The translations under genes were made by a program, and so were the position numbers. A DNA stretch of 64,000 bases. Source: Eledone cirrhosa (taxonomy: Eukaryota). The notes below the pieces were generated by a model. It did not search any database, had not been told where the DNA came from, and saw only the letters and a list, made by a program, of their open reading frames with translations. The stretch spans positions 250,728,001 through 250,792,000 of the forward strand of contig OZ024740.1 in NCBI GenBank assembly GCA_964016885.1, read 5' to 3'. Below are positions 36,628 to 49,783 of the stretch, piece after piece; the stretch's first letter is position 1; each line of letters begins with the position of its first letter.

Positions 36628-37860
36628 AAAGGGGGGGGGAGTCCTTCATCAGTGACCCTCCAACCGTCCCAGGCATTTCATCGCTTTAAGGGCCATATAC
36701 CTCAGGTTGGTGCGAACAACGGCTAAAAAAAGTCGTTGGGACACGTAAATAAAGAGAACGTTAGGGTGAACAAACAAAATGGTTTAAGCAACAGAAAGTG
36801 AGAGGAAAGAGACAAGTCCCAGATTTCTATGAATATAAACTCGATAAAATCGTGAACTACTAGAGAATAAAGACCATCAGACCTGGTTGAAATGTGAGTA
36901 AGGAAGGAATTTCGCGCAGGTCGAACGGGAGGAAGAAGAAGAAGAAGGGGTCTGGTCTGCGAATTCGGTAAACATAAGTTTTGTGAAGACGCAGACGAGA
37001 GAGAGAGAGAAAAAAAATTCATACCGGCTTGGCCAAGAGTGACGTTCTCTTTATTTACGTGTCCCAACGACTTTTTTTAGCCGTTGTTCGCACCAACCTG
37101 AGGTATATGGCCCTTAAAGCGATGAAATGCCTGGGACGGTTGGAGGGTCACTGATGAAGGACTCCCCCCTCCCTTTTTTATATGTAACCCATTTGCAACG
37201 CCGCAGCTCCATTATTATCATATTTACACATATTTTTTCCTCTGCTGCCACCCGTCTGTTTCTCTCTTTGTATCTTTACCCTTTCTAGCAGTCTCTCTCT
37301 CTGTTAGCCTCTTCCTCAACTTTCACTCACTCATACCCTGTCACTACCTCTCCTCCACTCCTCTTTCTTCCCGCTTGACCTGTCCGATTCCTTTTCTCGC
37401 GCACTCTTGGCCAAGCCGGTATGAATTTTTTCTCTCTCTCTCTCTCGTCTGCGTCTTCACAAAACTTATGTTTACCGAATTCGCAGACCAGACCCCTTCT
37501 TCTTCTTCTTCCTCCCGTTCGACCTGCGCGAAATTCCTTCCTTACTCACATTTCAACCAGGTCTGATGGTCTTTATTCTCTAGTAGTTCACGATTTTATC
37601 GAGTTTATATTCATAGAAATCTGGGACTTGTCTCTTTCCTCTCACTTTCTGTTGCTTAAACCATTTTGTTTGTTCACCCTAACGTTCTCTTTATTTACGT
37701 GTCCCAACGACTTTTTTTAGCCGTTGTTCGCACCAACCTGAGGTATATGGCCCTTAAAGCGATGAAATGCCTGGGACGGCTGGAGGGTCACTGATGAAGG
37801 ACTCCCCCCCCCCTTTTTTATATGTAACCCATTTGCAACGCCGCAGCTCCATTATTATTA
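36628..37860. repeat. Inverted plus direct repeat structure, probable PLE pseudo-LTR relic
   Basis: 36628-37037 is the reverse complement of ~37405-37815; 37043-37218 is directly repeated at 37683-37858. Flanked by (TA)n. Contains CTGATGAAGG. Confidence 0.8.
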
Positions 37861-37883
37861 TATATATATATATATATATATAT

Positions 37884-38489
37884 GTCAGGTCACCAGTTGG
37901 TGCTACTGGTAACATGTATCCCAGTTCAACCTGTCTCATGGTCGGGTTGTTGGTGACTAAACTGGTAACCCCACCGAGGTTTCTTGTGATGAGGGTGACT
38001 TTGGACATCCTGCAGGACTAAAAACAAAACCTGTCAAAGGGAAAAGGAGCTCTTAAGAGTCAATGGCCATCCAAAATCACAGGGAGAGATGACCCCTTAG
38101 CCTTTGTCAAGGCAGAATTCTAGGAGAAGGAAAACTCTGATATAACACCTGCAACTCTGATGGTATCCAATGATGTTGACTTGTTCTTCTTTTTGGTAAA
38201 TATCATTTTGGTTAAGAGAGTGGGACTGGCTTTGTGCAGTGCCTTTGCTCACTATAAAAGCTTCACGGCACAGGAATTGCTTTATATCAGGAGATCTCTC
38301 TGCACTTGTCGTCACATGGTACCATGGGCCCAGCACTATGTGTCAATAATTGTCACAAGTGTAGTGTTTGTACCAGAGTTTTTAAGTCGCTGGCTGGACT
38401 AAAATGTCACACTCGTCAGCGCATCGGTAGGAGTTCTCCTACATGGATATAAAGTAGTGGCCGTACTCGAAAACGAGTTGGCAGCCACC
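37884..38489 (+). repeat. ~610-bp interspersed repeat, copy 2
   Basis: Matches 33948-34557; follows (TA)n and ends in (TGTA)n. Confidence 0.9.
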
Positions 38490-38526
38490 ATGTATGTATG
38501 TATGTATGTATGTATGTATGTATGTA

Positions 38527-38566
<40 letters not shown>

Positions 38567-38734
38567 ACGAAGGGGATAAGTAAGAAATTGTTATTATGGT
38601 TATATGTGGTTATTAGAAATGATTATAACAAGAATAAAGATTTTAGTTTATTATATATACATATAACGAAGGAAATGAGGTAAGGAACCAGATGGACCAT
38701 AACGCACCAACGTACTTAGGGTAGTAGAGTGGGT

Positions 38735-38856
38735 AATAGGAACAAGTATGACCCCGACGGCAGAGCTCAAGCCGTTTCGACGGCTAATTCTGGACGCTTG
38801 AGTCCAGAATTAGCCGTCGAAACGGCTTGAGCTCTGCCGTTGGGGTCATACTTGTT

Positions 38857-38860
<4 letters not shown>
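38735..38860. repeat. ~125-bp palindrome (related copy at 51885-51990)
   Basis: TAGGAACAAGTATGACCCC.ACGGCAGAGCTCAAGCCGTTTCGACGGCTAATTCTGGAC and its reverse complement are separated by a few bases. Confidence 0.9.
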
Positions 38861-38916
<56 letters not shown>

Positions 38917-39274
38917 GGCGTCATTTCCGCTAATTTACTTTTACTCTTTTACTATCATAAATAAGATTTAACTTTAATATCAACACCACATTTACTAACA
39001 CCACCATCATCACCACTACTACCCAACCAGCAGTAGCACCACTACCAGTACTATCACTATCACCACCTTTAGATGTAATGTGTAAACTAAACTAGATACA
39101 GTTCTATATCAACGCTACGCTACACTAACTACCTTGAACTAAACCGGATATACGATATAGGTTGTGATGTAGTAATTGGTTTAAATCGACCTTTAATTAT
39201 TTTATTATCTACGCCTTACTTACCTGAGACACAAGCGCACAAGACGCATACACCCACGTTCTACTCTCACACAC

Positions 39275-39306
<32 letters not shown>

Positions 39307-39614
39307 TTCTCTCTCTCATTCTTTCTCTCTCTCTTTCTTTCTCTCTCTCCCTCTCTCCATACATATATCTATATATCTATATATATATATGAGAAAACAT
39401 GCGGTCATATGACAACAACTTTGCTTTGCTTTGACAGGGATATCTCTTTCAGTGTTAATAAGATGTTCAATGGTCATGCAGCAGCTATCTAAAGCTAGCT
39501 ACCTATGTATCTATCTCCCGACAATAAACACATCTAGCTCTCTCTGTCTCATATAATAATTCAACAGTAAGAATTGCCTAGACAGAATATATCCCAATAC
39601 CATGCGTATATATA

Positions 39615-39683
<69 letters not shown>

Positions 39684-39689
<6 letters not shown>

Positions 39690-40280
39690 AGTGTAATTTT
39701 CTACACAAAACGAAGGTTATAGAGAAAATTGAGGTTGGTAATGGCACATGGAATATATAAGAGACAGAATACTTTTTTGTGAAAAACATGTAATTTGATA
39801 AGGTAAGGAAATAATAAAGGGTATAAAAAATGACCGGTTTCGATGGGTCTGCAAAAGCCATCTTTTCAAATGTTGATTAATATTAAGAAAAATTAATAAG
39901 AAGAGTTAAAATTTGAGATTTGAAAATTCAAGTATAAAATTCATTGTGGGATTTCACAGTAGTTTTCGTCTTGGTAGCAGCTCAGGCACCCAGCAGTCAA
40001 CGAGCTGCTAAACGAGCTGCTACCAAGATGAAAACTACTGTGAAATCCCACAATGAATTTTATACTTGAATTTTCAAATCTCAAATTTTAACTCTTCTTA
40101 TTATTAATTTTTCTTAATATTAATCAACATTTGAAAAGATGGCTTTTGCAGACCCATCGAAACCGGTCATTTTTTATACCCTTTATTATTTCCTTACCTT
40201 ATAAAATTATATGTTTTTCACAAAAAAGTATTCTGTCTCTTATATATTCCATGTGCCATTACCAACCTCAATTTTCTCTC
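39684..40280. repeat. Fold-back repeat centred near 40010, probable PLE pseudo-LTR (left arm repeated at 52124-52425)
   Basis: 39720-39985 is the reverse complement of ~40013-40278; flanked by (TA)n. Confidence 0.88.
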
Positions 40281-40297
40281 TCTATATATATATATAT

Positions 40298-41545
40298 AGA
40301 AGTGGTTACACAACCGTTAGTTCACCATACCGAGAACAATTGTTTCGCCTTAGCGGATCTTCAGCTCGGGATGTGCATGGTTATAGGAACAGGAAGGACA
40401 ACCGTACGAACGCGCATGTGCAGAAACTCGGTCACTTCACACAGGCAATACTAGACTGCGTGCGAGAAGTGTAAGGGAGATAACTGCGAAACACGGCGTT
40501 GGCTAACAACGGCTTCTATCACTAGCAACAACACCATTAAGAAAAGTAAGCGCAACAATAGACAAACTATCTGGCTCTCTCCTTCCTTCTCACTCAACGT
40601 TAAAACCAATGTAGGAAAAGAATTTCTAGCCCTCTTAGATAGACACTTCCCCATAGGTCATAAATACTGCTCCATCTTTAACCGACACAAAGTTAAACTA
40701 GAATACTCCTGCGCTAAGAACATGAAGGCCCACATCACCAGCAGCCCTAGGAGCAACACCCCACCAGGGTGCTCTTGCCGTAAACCTGAAGCTTGCCCCC
40801 TTCAACAGCAAAGCAACACACCAGCTGTAATCTATGAAGCTGTGGTCACTTCCAACCGACTAAACGAACCATAGGAGAGGTCAAATCCTATGTGGGCATG
40901 GCGGAGGGCCGATTCAAGGAGCGTTTCCTGAACCACAAGTCTACCTTCAGATACCCGGACAGACGTTCATCCACGAAACTCGCGAGCCACGTATGGTCCC
41001 TCAAGGACTCAAGTATAGGCTACTCCATTCAATGGAAAGCCATCACTAAGTCCAAGCCATACGCAAGGGGAATTCCGACGTATGGCTTATGTATTGACGA
41101 ATGAATAACTATTCTAAAGAGATTACGCAATAGTGATTGCCTAAACACGAGAAGTGAATTTTTCACACGTTGTCCACACGTCACCAAACATCTATTGCAT
41201 AACTACAAGGCTCCGGACTGATTCTTTGTAATTTTATTTTTAATTTTATTTTAATTTTATTTTCAACCTAAAAACTTTCCGGACTTTCGCAGTTATCTCC
41301 CTTACACCTCTCGCACGCAGTCTAGTATTGCCTGTGTGAAGTGACCGAGTTTCTGCGCATGCGCGTTCGTACGGTTGTCCTTCCTGTTCCTATAACCATG
41401 CACATCCCGAGCTGAAGATCCACTAAGGTGAAACAATTGTTCTCGGTATGGTGAACTAACGGTTGTGTAACCACTTCTACCTAACTCGTCCCTTGGACTG
41501 AGTGCTCTACCACTACGGATATTACCTTCCAGTGTTCCACCACTA
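40298..41545 (+). mobile_element. 5'-truncated Penelope-like element with inverted pseudo-LTR
   Basis: PSFSLNVKTNVGKEFL..HFP.GHKY.SIFNRH, then GIY-YIG YVGMAEGRFKERFLNHKSTF..TKLASHVWSLKD..YSIQWK. 40298-40490 is inverted at 41288-41479. Confidence 0.9.
41407..41446 (+). ncRNA. Minimal type I hammerhead ribozyme (antisense copy 40330-40369)
   Basis: CCGAG CTGAAGA TCCACTAAGGT GAAA CAATTG TT CTCGG: stem I CCGAG/CTCGG, core, palindromic stem III ACAATTGT; stem II is weak. Confidence 0.75.
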
Positions 41546-41564
41546 TATATATATATATATATAT

Positions 41565-42142
41565 AATAAAATTAGTCCCTCATCAGTGATTTGCCAACGA
41601 TCATTGGTATTTCATCGCATTAAAAATCATATACCTCAGGTTGGTGCGAGCAATAACTAAAATAAGCTATTGGGACAAGTGAGTCGCGTAAAGCGAGTGA
41701 GACAAGTAAACAACATAGAAGGAAAAGCAAACCGAAGATGGGAAAAAAAACAAGCAACATGGTTATCCGATCAGCATAAGCTGGGTGAATTTCATGAGCG
41801 TTCAGAAAACAGACCTTTCGCTGTGAATGGGATGTGAGAAAGAAAGAATGGGTGGGATTCTTTCTTTCTCACATCCCATTCACAGCGAAAGGTCTGTTTT
41901 CTGAGCGCTCACGAAATTCACCCAGTTTATGCTGATTGGATAACCATGTTGCTTGTTTTTTTTCCCATCTTCGGTTTGCTTTTCCTTCTATGTCGTTTAC
42001 TTGTCTCACTCGCTTTACGCGACTCACTTGTCCCAATAGCTTATTTTAGTTATTGCTCGCACCAACCTGAGGTATATGATTTTTTAATGCGATGAAATAC
42101 CAATGATCGTTGGCAAATCACTGATGAGGGACTAATTTTATA
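41565..42142. repeat. ~580-bp near-perfect palindrome related to the 36628-37860 family
   Basis: 41565-41850 is the reverse complement of 41857-42142. Shares CATATACCTCAGGTTGGTGCGA and TCATCAGTGA with 36640-36720. Confidence 0.9.
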
Positions 42143-42153
42143 ATATGTAATCC

Positions 42154-44176
42154 ATGTGCAACCATGCAGTATTCTTCTCCCCATGTTTTTCATATATATA
42201 TATATATATATATATACTACATTCTTTTCAGCCGTCTATTTTTCACTCCCACCCTAGTAACTTCAATATGCCCAATCACAAATCTTTTCTCCGCCAGCTC
42301 CATTCTACTCTTAAGCGCTTCCTCCAAACTCTTCCCCCTATATGCATCCAATCCTCCCTGCATCTTTCCAACCCCATCTTCACCAAAACACGATACAACA
42401 GTCACATCACATTTTTAAGTCGCTGTCTCCACCCCCACCCCATTCCCCGCGGTTGCCGCCTCAAGTTTTACCCCACATCTTACTCTGCTCCCACCACTGA
42501 GCCCATCCTTACCCGCTCCTCTCGCCAGCTCATGCGGGTGACCATTCGATCAACTCTCGCCCAAATCCGTTCTCTCGACCGAGATCTCCCCAAGGCTTTC
42601 TCCTTCCCTCCTGGTCCCTCCCGCCTTCCCGTTACCCTGGACATCATTTCTCTCTATACCGTCATTCCTCATCATGACGGCCTCCGCAGTCTCCAGCATT
42701 TTTTAGATTTACGCCCTACCCCTTACCCCAGCACTACCGCTCTTCTCCGTCTGGATTTTCTTTTTCGAGTGAACTTTACCAGCAGGTCTCTGGGGTAGCG
42801 ATGGGAACCAGAATGGGTCCAAACTATTCCAACTTGTTTGTGGGCTACGTCTAAGCCCAGATCTTCTCCCAGTACGCTGGACAGACTCCTGAGCTATACG
42901 GTCGATATATCGACGACTGTATCGGCGCCACCTCTCTATCACGAGAACAGCTCGACTGTTTTCTTTCTTTTGTCCAATCTTTCCATCCTGCTCTCAATTT
43001 CATCGCCTCTGTCTCCGATTCTTCTGTCGCTTTTCTAGATATCTCTCTATCTATTAATCACTCTCACCACACCCCCTCTACTTCCATCTACATTAAACCA
43101 ACAGACTCCCAATCTTATCTCGACTTCACCTCCTCCCATCCAACCCACACCAAACACTCCATACCCTATTCCCAGTTCCTCCGTCTTCGTCGACTCTGTA
43201 GCCAGGACGACGATTTCGAAACCCATTCCCTTCGAATGGCTTCCTGCTTCATCCAGCGTGGATATCCCCCCCTCCCCCCACACACTTTGATCCAAGCTGC
43301 TCTCACCCGCGCCCGTGAAACAGACCGCACCACAGCCCTCTCACCTCACTCCCGCCCTTCCAACACCCGTGTTCCTTTCCCTCTCACCTACAACCCCATC
43401 ATCCTACCACTCCGGCGACATATCCTCCGTTCCTTCCGTATCCCCTCTTCTGACCCCGTCACTTCTCACTTTTTTCCAAATCCACCCATTACTGATTTTA
43501 AGCGCGCCCAAAACCCCCGCGGCCTCCTGGTTCGCAGTTCTTTTTCATCCTCTCCTACGACTCTACCCGGCTCTCATCCCTGTTCCCGTTCCCGCTGCCA
43601 CAGTTGTCTCTTTATTTCCACCCTCACCACTCTTACAGGCCCAAACGGGTATTTCCGTATCCGCCATTCCTTCACCTGCACATCCACCCACGTTGTCTAT
43701 GCCCTCCGGTGTTCCCTTTGCGTGTCTTTATATATCGGACAAACGGGACGCCGTATGGCAGACCGTTTTGCCGAACATTTGAGGGACAAACGACTCGGTT
43801 TGGATACTCCTGTCGCCCGTCATTTCTATTCTCCTGGTCATTCTTCCCTACATGTTTCAGTCCTGGGTGTCCTTTTACATCATGGATCACAGGCCTCGCG
43901 CACCAGGACTGAACAAAGTCTGATTCACCGTCTTGGGTCCTATTCTCCTCTTGAACTCAACTCACCTCCCTAATTTCTCTAATACCCCGTCCATTATCAT
44001 ACCCCTAGATTCCTATCGCTTTCTCTTGATCATTAGCAGCTTCCCTTACTACTAATACATGCTGATACACACCCTTATATTAACATACTTTTGCTCATAG
44101 CTTCGTACTTACATGCACACACACTCTTTTACTCACATATACACACACATTTCTTCTTAGCTTCGTACGGGCTTAT

Positions 44177-44273
<97 letters not shown>

Positions 44274-44612
44274 CAAGTATAACTCTTTTTACAAAACGGT
44301 TTTTTTTCCATTTCAGGTAGACGCGCGCCATCATCCAGTTTTCTAAAAAACAAACCATACACAAAACGCCAGCACCAACAGTTTTGCAAGAGATGTCAAC
44401 ATGAATGGACCTGTTATTTTTATCTAAAGAGATTTTTTCCAATTCCATCCCGCCCGTCCCCTCAATCTATTTAATTAGTCATTCTCTCTTCTGATGAAGG
44501 GGTAGCGTCCGAAACGTTAAGACCTTCTTCCTGCTCTGCTATATCAAGCGTTAACCTAATATATACCTTCCATATACTGTACCGATTGTGTTGTTATTTC
44601 TGTTTACCTTTT
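42154..44612 (+). mobile_element. Penelope-like element, decayed, internal deletion in RT
   Basis: TLDIISLYTVIPH, G.AMGTRMGPNYSNLFVG, RYIDDC, FLDI, KPTD, SSHP, IPYSQFLRLRRLC, and GIY-YIG FTCTSTHVVYALRC..YIGQTGRRMADRFAEH (43236-43973). Confidence 0.93.
44486..44523 (+). ncRNA. Minimal hammerhead ribozyme in the PLE 3' region
   Basis: TCTT CTGATGA AGGGGTAGCGTCC GAAA CG TT AAGA: stem I TCTT/AAGA, core, palindromic ACGT stem III. Confidence 0.8.
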
Positions 44613-44620
44613 ACACACAC

Positions 44621-44763
<143 letters not shown>

Positions 44764-44949
44764 TAAGTATCGAGAGTGAGAAAAAATGGAAAGATGGGCG
44801 ATACACATATTTAGTTGCCAATAGTTTATGCATGTGTGCTCAATACAGGGTTAAATATTAGAGGCGTCAATATTTAATGGGCGAGAAAAAATAAGCAGAG
44901 CGATTATAAAGGAAATGAATACACGGAGTTTAAAACCGTTAGAACATGT

Positions 44950-47900
44950 TTATATAACAGTGCGCCTACGTACGTTTCGCCCGGAATGGGATTATCAAGG
45001 GCATGGAAAACAAAACAATGATCAATATAGGACCCAGGAGGGATTTCACGGTTAAATTAACATCATAGTTCATTCTTCTCCTCTGTGCATGTGTTGTTAT
45101 TATCGCAGAGCAGGGGGAGTAACTCTGGTCGGTGTTCAAACAATCCATTCCCATTTAGATTTTTATACCTGTTCATATGCTGGTGTTTAGCATCTTTATA
45201 TTATGTGTGTTGTTTCACTAGTGCCAGTACAGGTCGGGTCTGGGGTGTACATTTATTATTTAGTGGATGTTGCTTCACTAATGCTTGTTCGAGCATGGTC
45301 TGCGATGTACATTTGGTTCACAGATGTTTGTTCATACCGCCTGCCCACCAGGGTGTTATGGTTAGGGCAGGGGGACCCAGTTCGTAGTTTTCATGTCGCA
45401 GTCGCTTCCCAGGCAAAATACGACGCCTGCACCCGGTGTTTACAATTTATGACTGATTCTGCTCGGCTGTTTATGAGCTCGTGGGGTGTTCTTATGATGT
45501 AGTACAGCTCCATGAGGTAGAGCTGGCATTTCACCCTGAAGTTGTAGGGTGCAGCCCTAGCGACAATATCCCAGTCTGTGGAGAAGCTTATGTTGGCGTC
45601 TTGTAATGTGGTGACGTAGTTGGCAAGCGATGTGGAGTGCCTTAGTTTTTTTGTTCCTGAAAAAGTGGAGATGCGTTCTAAATCTCGTTTTAAACTGGCC
45701 AGAGGTGGCTCCTTATATAGTGTTTAACTCCATTGGGGCTAGTTATGGTGCACCTATAAATAACCTTATCAGTCAGGCAGTTTCCCCTGAAAGAGTAGCC
45801 TCCCCTGTCACGACAGTTGCATTTTCCGTCACGGTCGCTCCTAGTTCCTGAAGTAAAGCTATTATTATTGCCACCTATGTTGTTATCTATGTCTCTATCT
45901 CGGTCATTGGTACTGTTATCTCTCGAGGCATGCGGTGTTGTACCATTATCATTCCGCACGCCGTAGCCCGTTCTGTTGCCGGTGGGTGACGCGTGTGGGT
46001 CACTGGTATATTCTCCAATCACGCCCTGGTTACGTGGGTTTCGTCTGCTGGGGCTGCCACCAACCCTATTTGGTGCTGTTAGGAGGATGTTAAGGTTATT
46101 AGTGCTGTTGTCAAGTCTAGAAGTATCTGTGTTAAGGTGTAGTGTTTTGTTGATCTTACTGTGATTAGTTGCTCCTATGATGTCAGCTAGATTGGGAGTG
46201 GTAGAGAAGGATATTTTGTTATTGTTCCTGTTAAGTATTTTTCTGTATTTATGATTAGGTGGGAAATTCCTCTCCAAGACTTCGAAGAATATCCTCGGTA
46301 TGTCGGAGGCCACACTCCGAGAGTAGGGGGGTGGAACCATAGGATTTTTACGGTGACGTTTCCGCTTTACAGTGGGTTTGCTATAGGTTGTGCTTCCTAG
46401 TTGAAAGTACTTACGGTTGTTCCTGTGCTATAGCCGGTTATGCGTCCCCATTACTTTATGTTCAGGTAGGGGCGCCTTCCCTCCGTAAATTTTATGTGTG
46501 GCTAGATGCGGGTTGGAGAGTGTTGGTAATGGGCCACCGCCATTACTGATCCTATAGTTAGGGAATAATTCCAATAGGCTGCAGCGGGTGGCGTTACCAT
46601 ACTGTAACACTTACCATACTGTCGGTTGTCTTGGTCGCTACTCCTGTAATAAACGGTGTGTCCAAGTTTCTTAGTGTGGTTCTCTATACTATAGTTCTTG
46701 ACGCTGTCATGGCTGTAGCGTGTTCTGTTATAGGTATGGCTCACTATAACATTAGTCCTACGTTGGGGTTGGTTTCTAGAGCTAGCGTTAAGGATTTAGG
46801 AGATTCTCCGGTTAAAACCGGCATTTAGTAAAGCCTTATTGTAATATTCGGCTGCTTGGTTGAAGATAATTTCATTGGCGGAGAGCCTCGAGATCCTATG
46901 GGATATGCTATATACTATGGAGTTGAGAGTAGACTTAGGGTGGTTATATGCATAGTTTATATAATACAGGATCTCACCGGGCTTATGGTATGGCTTGGAT
47001 AGGCCCGTGCTCAACTCCAGGGTTACGTCTAGGAAATTGACTATTTGGTGGTTGAGGTCCATGGTCACTGATAGGCCATATGTCTTGAAGAACCTGTGTA
47101 TACGCTTGTTAAGGTTCTCTATCCTGCGGAGGCTGTGGCTTCGCACGGTAAACAAGGCATCGTCCCTATATACCCCGCCCTGTAGGGCCGGTATCTCGTC
47201 CCTAATTCTATGGAGGAGGTATATCCCGACCAGGTCGGTTACTTGCGCTGAGTCACTGGACCCCATCGTGATATCGAAGTTATCAGGACGGTTGGTTCTG
47301 GTCCAGTATGAGCCATCGAACTTGATAATAGTTCTCCGCGCTGCGAGCACTATATCTATCTCTTTCTTAGTGAGGCTAGTATTAGACTTAGCTAGGATAA
47401 GCGCTTTATTTAGGAGTATGGGGGAGATCGATGCGTAGTAGCCGTCTATGTCAAACTGTATGAACCTGAGAGTTGTTTTATCAGGTAACTCTGTGAACCA
47501 ATTAATGACCTGGTCGGCGCTGCTCGCTCCAGAGACAGACCTTGGCTTTATTATTAAGTTCTAGTAGTACTCTATCTAGGATCACTTTACTAATTTTACC
47601 TATATCCGAAGTAGATGGGTTTTCATTAAAGTTACATTTGTGATCCTTAAGAGAGAATCTAGGTGTCATAGGGACATATGGGTTGGTGTACTTATCTATG
47701 TCTAGGCTAGAAAGTATATCCTTCCCTACCCTATTTATGTCATTTAAAGTACTAGTTGGTGTTTTCTTATAATTTTTATGTAGTTCTTTATAAATGAAAT
47801 GTTTGTACTTGCTCACGTCCATCTTATACAGCTTCTTGGTTTTGTCAGAGGTAACGAAGAGGTGTGGGTCCTTCTTGATTCTGGTAATGAGTGCATCCAG

Positions 47901-48560
47901 GGATGTTATGAATGGATTACTGCCTTGGCGTTTACTCTTAAACTTGATGTTTTTGATCAGTTTTAGCAGGTCTTCCTCAAAGCTGTCCAGCATGGTGTTG
48001 CGCGGTGGGTTTCGGTATGTTTTAAAGCCGTATCTCTCTATAGGTTCTGGACGGTTGCAGTTGTCCTTATCGAGGTAGTAGGCATTCCATCTTACTCTCC
48101 GTATAAACGAGTTAGTAGCATCTATAAGCTGCTTGAGATATGTTTCTCTGCTATTTAGTGTGATACACTTGAGAGACATGGGTAACGGTTGATTCTCCAT
48201 CATGATGGCAAATAAAGTATGGTGCTCTACTACTACTATGCTAATATTCTATTAGGTTGTTTGTGGAGACGTTCTCTGGCAATGAACTCTACGACTTCAG
48301 TTATACCATATACGTGGTTTTGTCTTTGCGTGTAATTGTTCTCACCGCTCCACATAATGACGTATTATCTTCGTTTTTCCCGTTCATTGCCAGAGAACGT
48401 CTCCACGAACCACCTAATAGAATATTAGTCTACGACTTCATTTATACCATAAACGTAGTTTTGTCTTTGCGTGTAATTGTTTTCACCACTCCAAATAATG
48501 ACGTATTATCTTCGGTTTTTTTTTCGTTCTTTGCCAGGGAACATTTCCACGAACCAAAGT
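44950..48560 (-). mobile_element. Near full-length Penelope-like element, frameshifted
   Basis: N-terminus FIRRVRWNAYY and SDKTKKLYKM (47502-48203). RT FDIDGYY, FDITMGSSDSAQVTDLVG, YRDDAL, NFLDVTL, NHP (46796-47470). GIY-YIG CNCR..GNCLTDKVIYRC..KHYI (45500-45850). Short inverted/direct repeats at 48240-48560. Confidence 0.9.
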
Positions 48561-48695
48561 ATCGTCTTCTGTCTTCCTTCGGTTGCAACATTTTTTGAAA
48601 TATTTACTTCTGCATTCACAGATTGATTTTTTTAGTTTCAGAAGATCCCGTTAAGAGTGAAAGCAGCGATTCTTTGCTTAAACTTTAATCTGTTA

Positions 48696-48784
<89 letters not shown>

Positions 48785-48956
48785 ATAATAATAAATGTGA
48801 AGACTAAAATCCAAAGAGGGCTCGATAAGGATAAATATATATCAAACCCTAGAGCAAATATTTATTAAAATAACAGATTAAAGTTTAAGCAAAGAATCGC
48901 TGCTTTCACCCCTAACGGGATCTTCTGAATTTAACCTATAACGATAATTTATTATC

Positions 48957-49006
<50 letters not shown>

Positions 49007-49321
49007 CAACTAGAACTTGATTAACATATAAATAAACATATGAAACAATCACAGGGGATATTTTTTACAAGTGTGTAAGCACACATAGCTAGGTAGGTAA
49101 CTAAATAAAGTTAACTAGAACTTCACATGTTTCATATGTTTATTTATATGTTAATCAATTTCTAGTTGTTATAAAATGCTCGGACCTATTCATTAGAATC
49201 TTGGACCTTATTTTGCGGGTGATATGGCGCATGCCTTTCTGGCATGACACCCATAATTTTGATTTAGATTAAATTCATTTTGATTTATCTTAATTTTGTA
49301 TATATATATATATATAAATAT

Positions 49322-49490
49322 GTAAAAGGTAAACAGAAATAACAACACAATCAGTACAGTATATGGAAGGGATATATTAGGTTAACGCTTGACATAGCAG
49401 GAAGAGGGTCTTAACGTTTCGGAAGAAAGAATGAGAAATAAGATAGATTGAGGGGACGGGCGGGATGGAATTGGAAAAATTGTCTTTAAA
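49322..49490 (-). repeat. Inverted partial copy of the PLE 3' end at 44430-44612
   Basis: AAAAGGTAAACAGAAATAACAACACAATC...TCTTAACGTTTCGGA...GATTGAGGGGACGGGCGGGATGGAATTGG is its reverse complement, with the hammerhead core deleted. Confidence 0.85.
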
Positions 49491-49700
49491 TATTGAAGTT
49501 ACTAGGATGGGAGAGAAAAATAGACGGGTGAGAAGAAGAGGTGGTGTAAGAAGATTGTAGTAGAGGAAAAGTGGTAGAGAGTCGAGGAATATTTAAATGC
49601 ACGAAGCAAAGAAAATTTCAATGATACGAAATTTCCTGGTGGAAGTTCAGGTGTACTCCAGGTTGGTATCCAGTTACGGGGGGAAAATCCGATTAGAAAA

Positions 49701-49773
<73 letters not shown>

Positions 49774-49783
<10 letters not shown>

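Noticed and set aside
36640-36726. Similar short peptides SPSSV..FHR.K.HIPQVGA at 36640 and 41574
   Set aside because: Explained by nucleotide-level repeat homology; no start context or evidence of coding constraint.
48638-48675. Hammerhead-like CAGAAGA..GAAA; similar weak motifs near 34880, 45050 and 63120
   Set aside because: Core deviates at invariant positions, or the stems cannot be closed.
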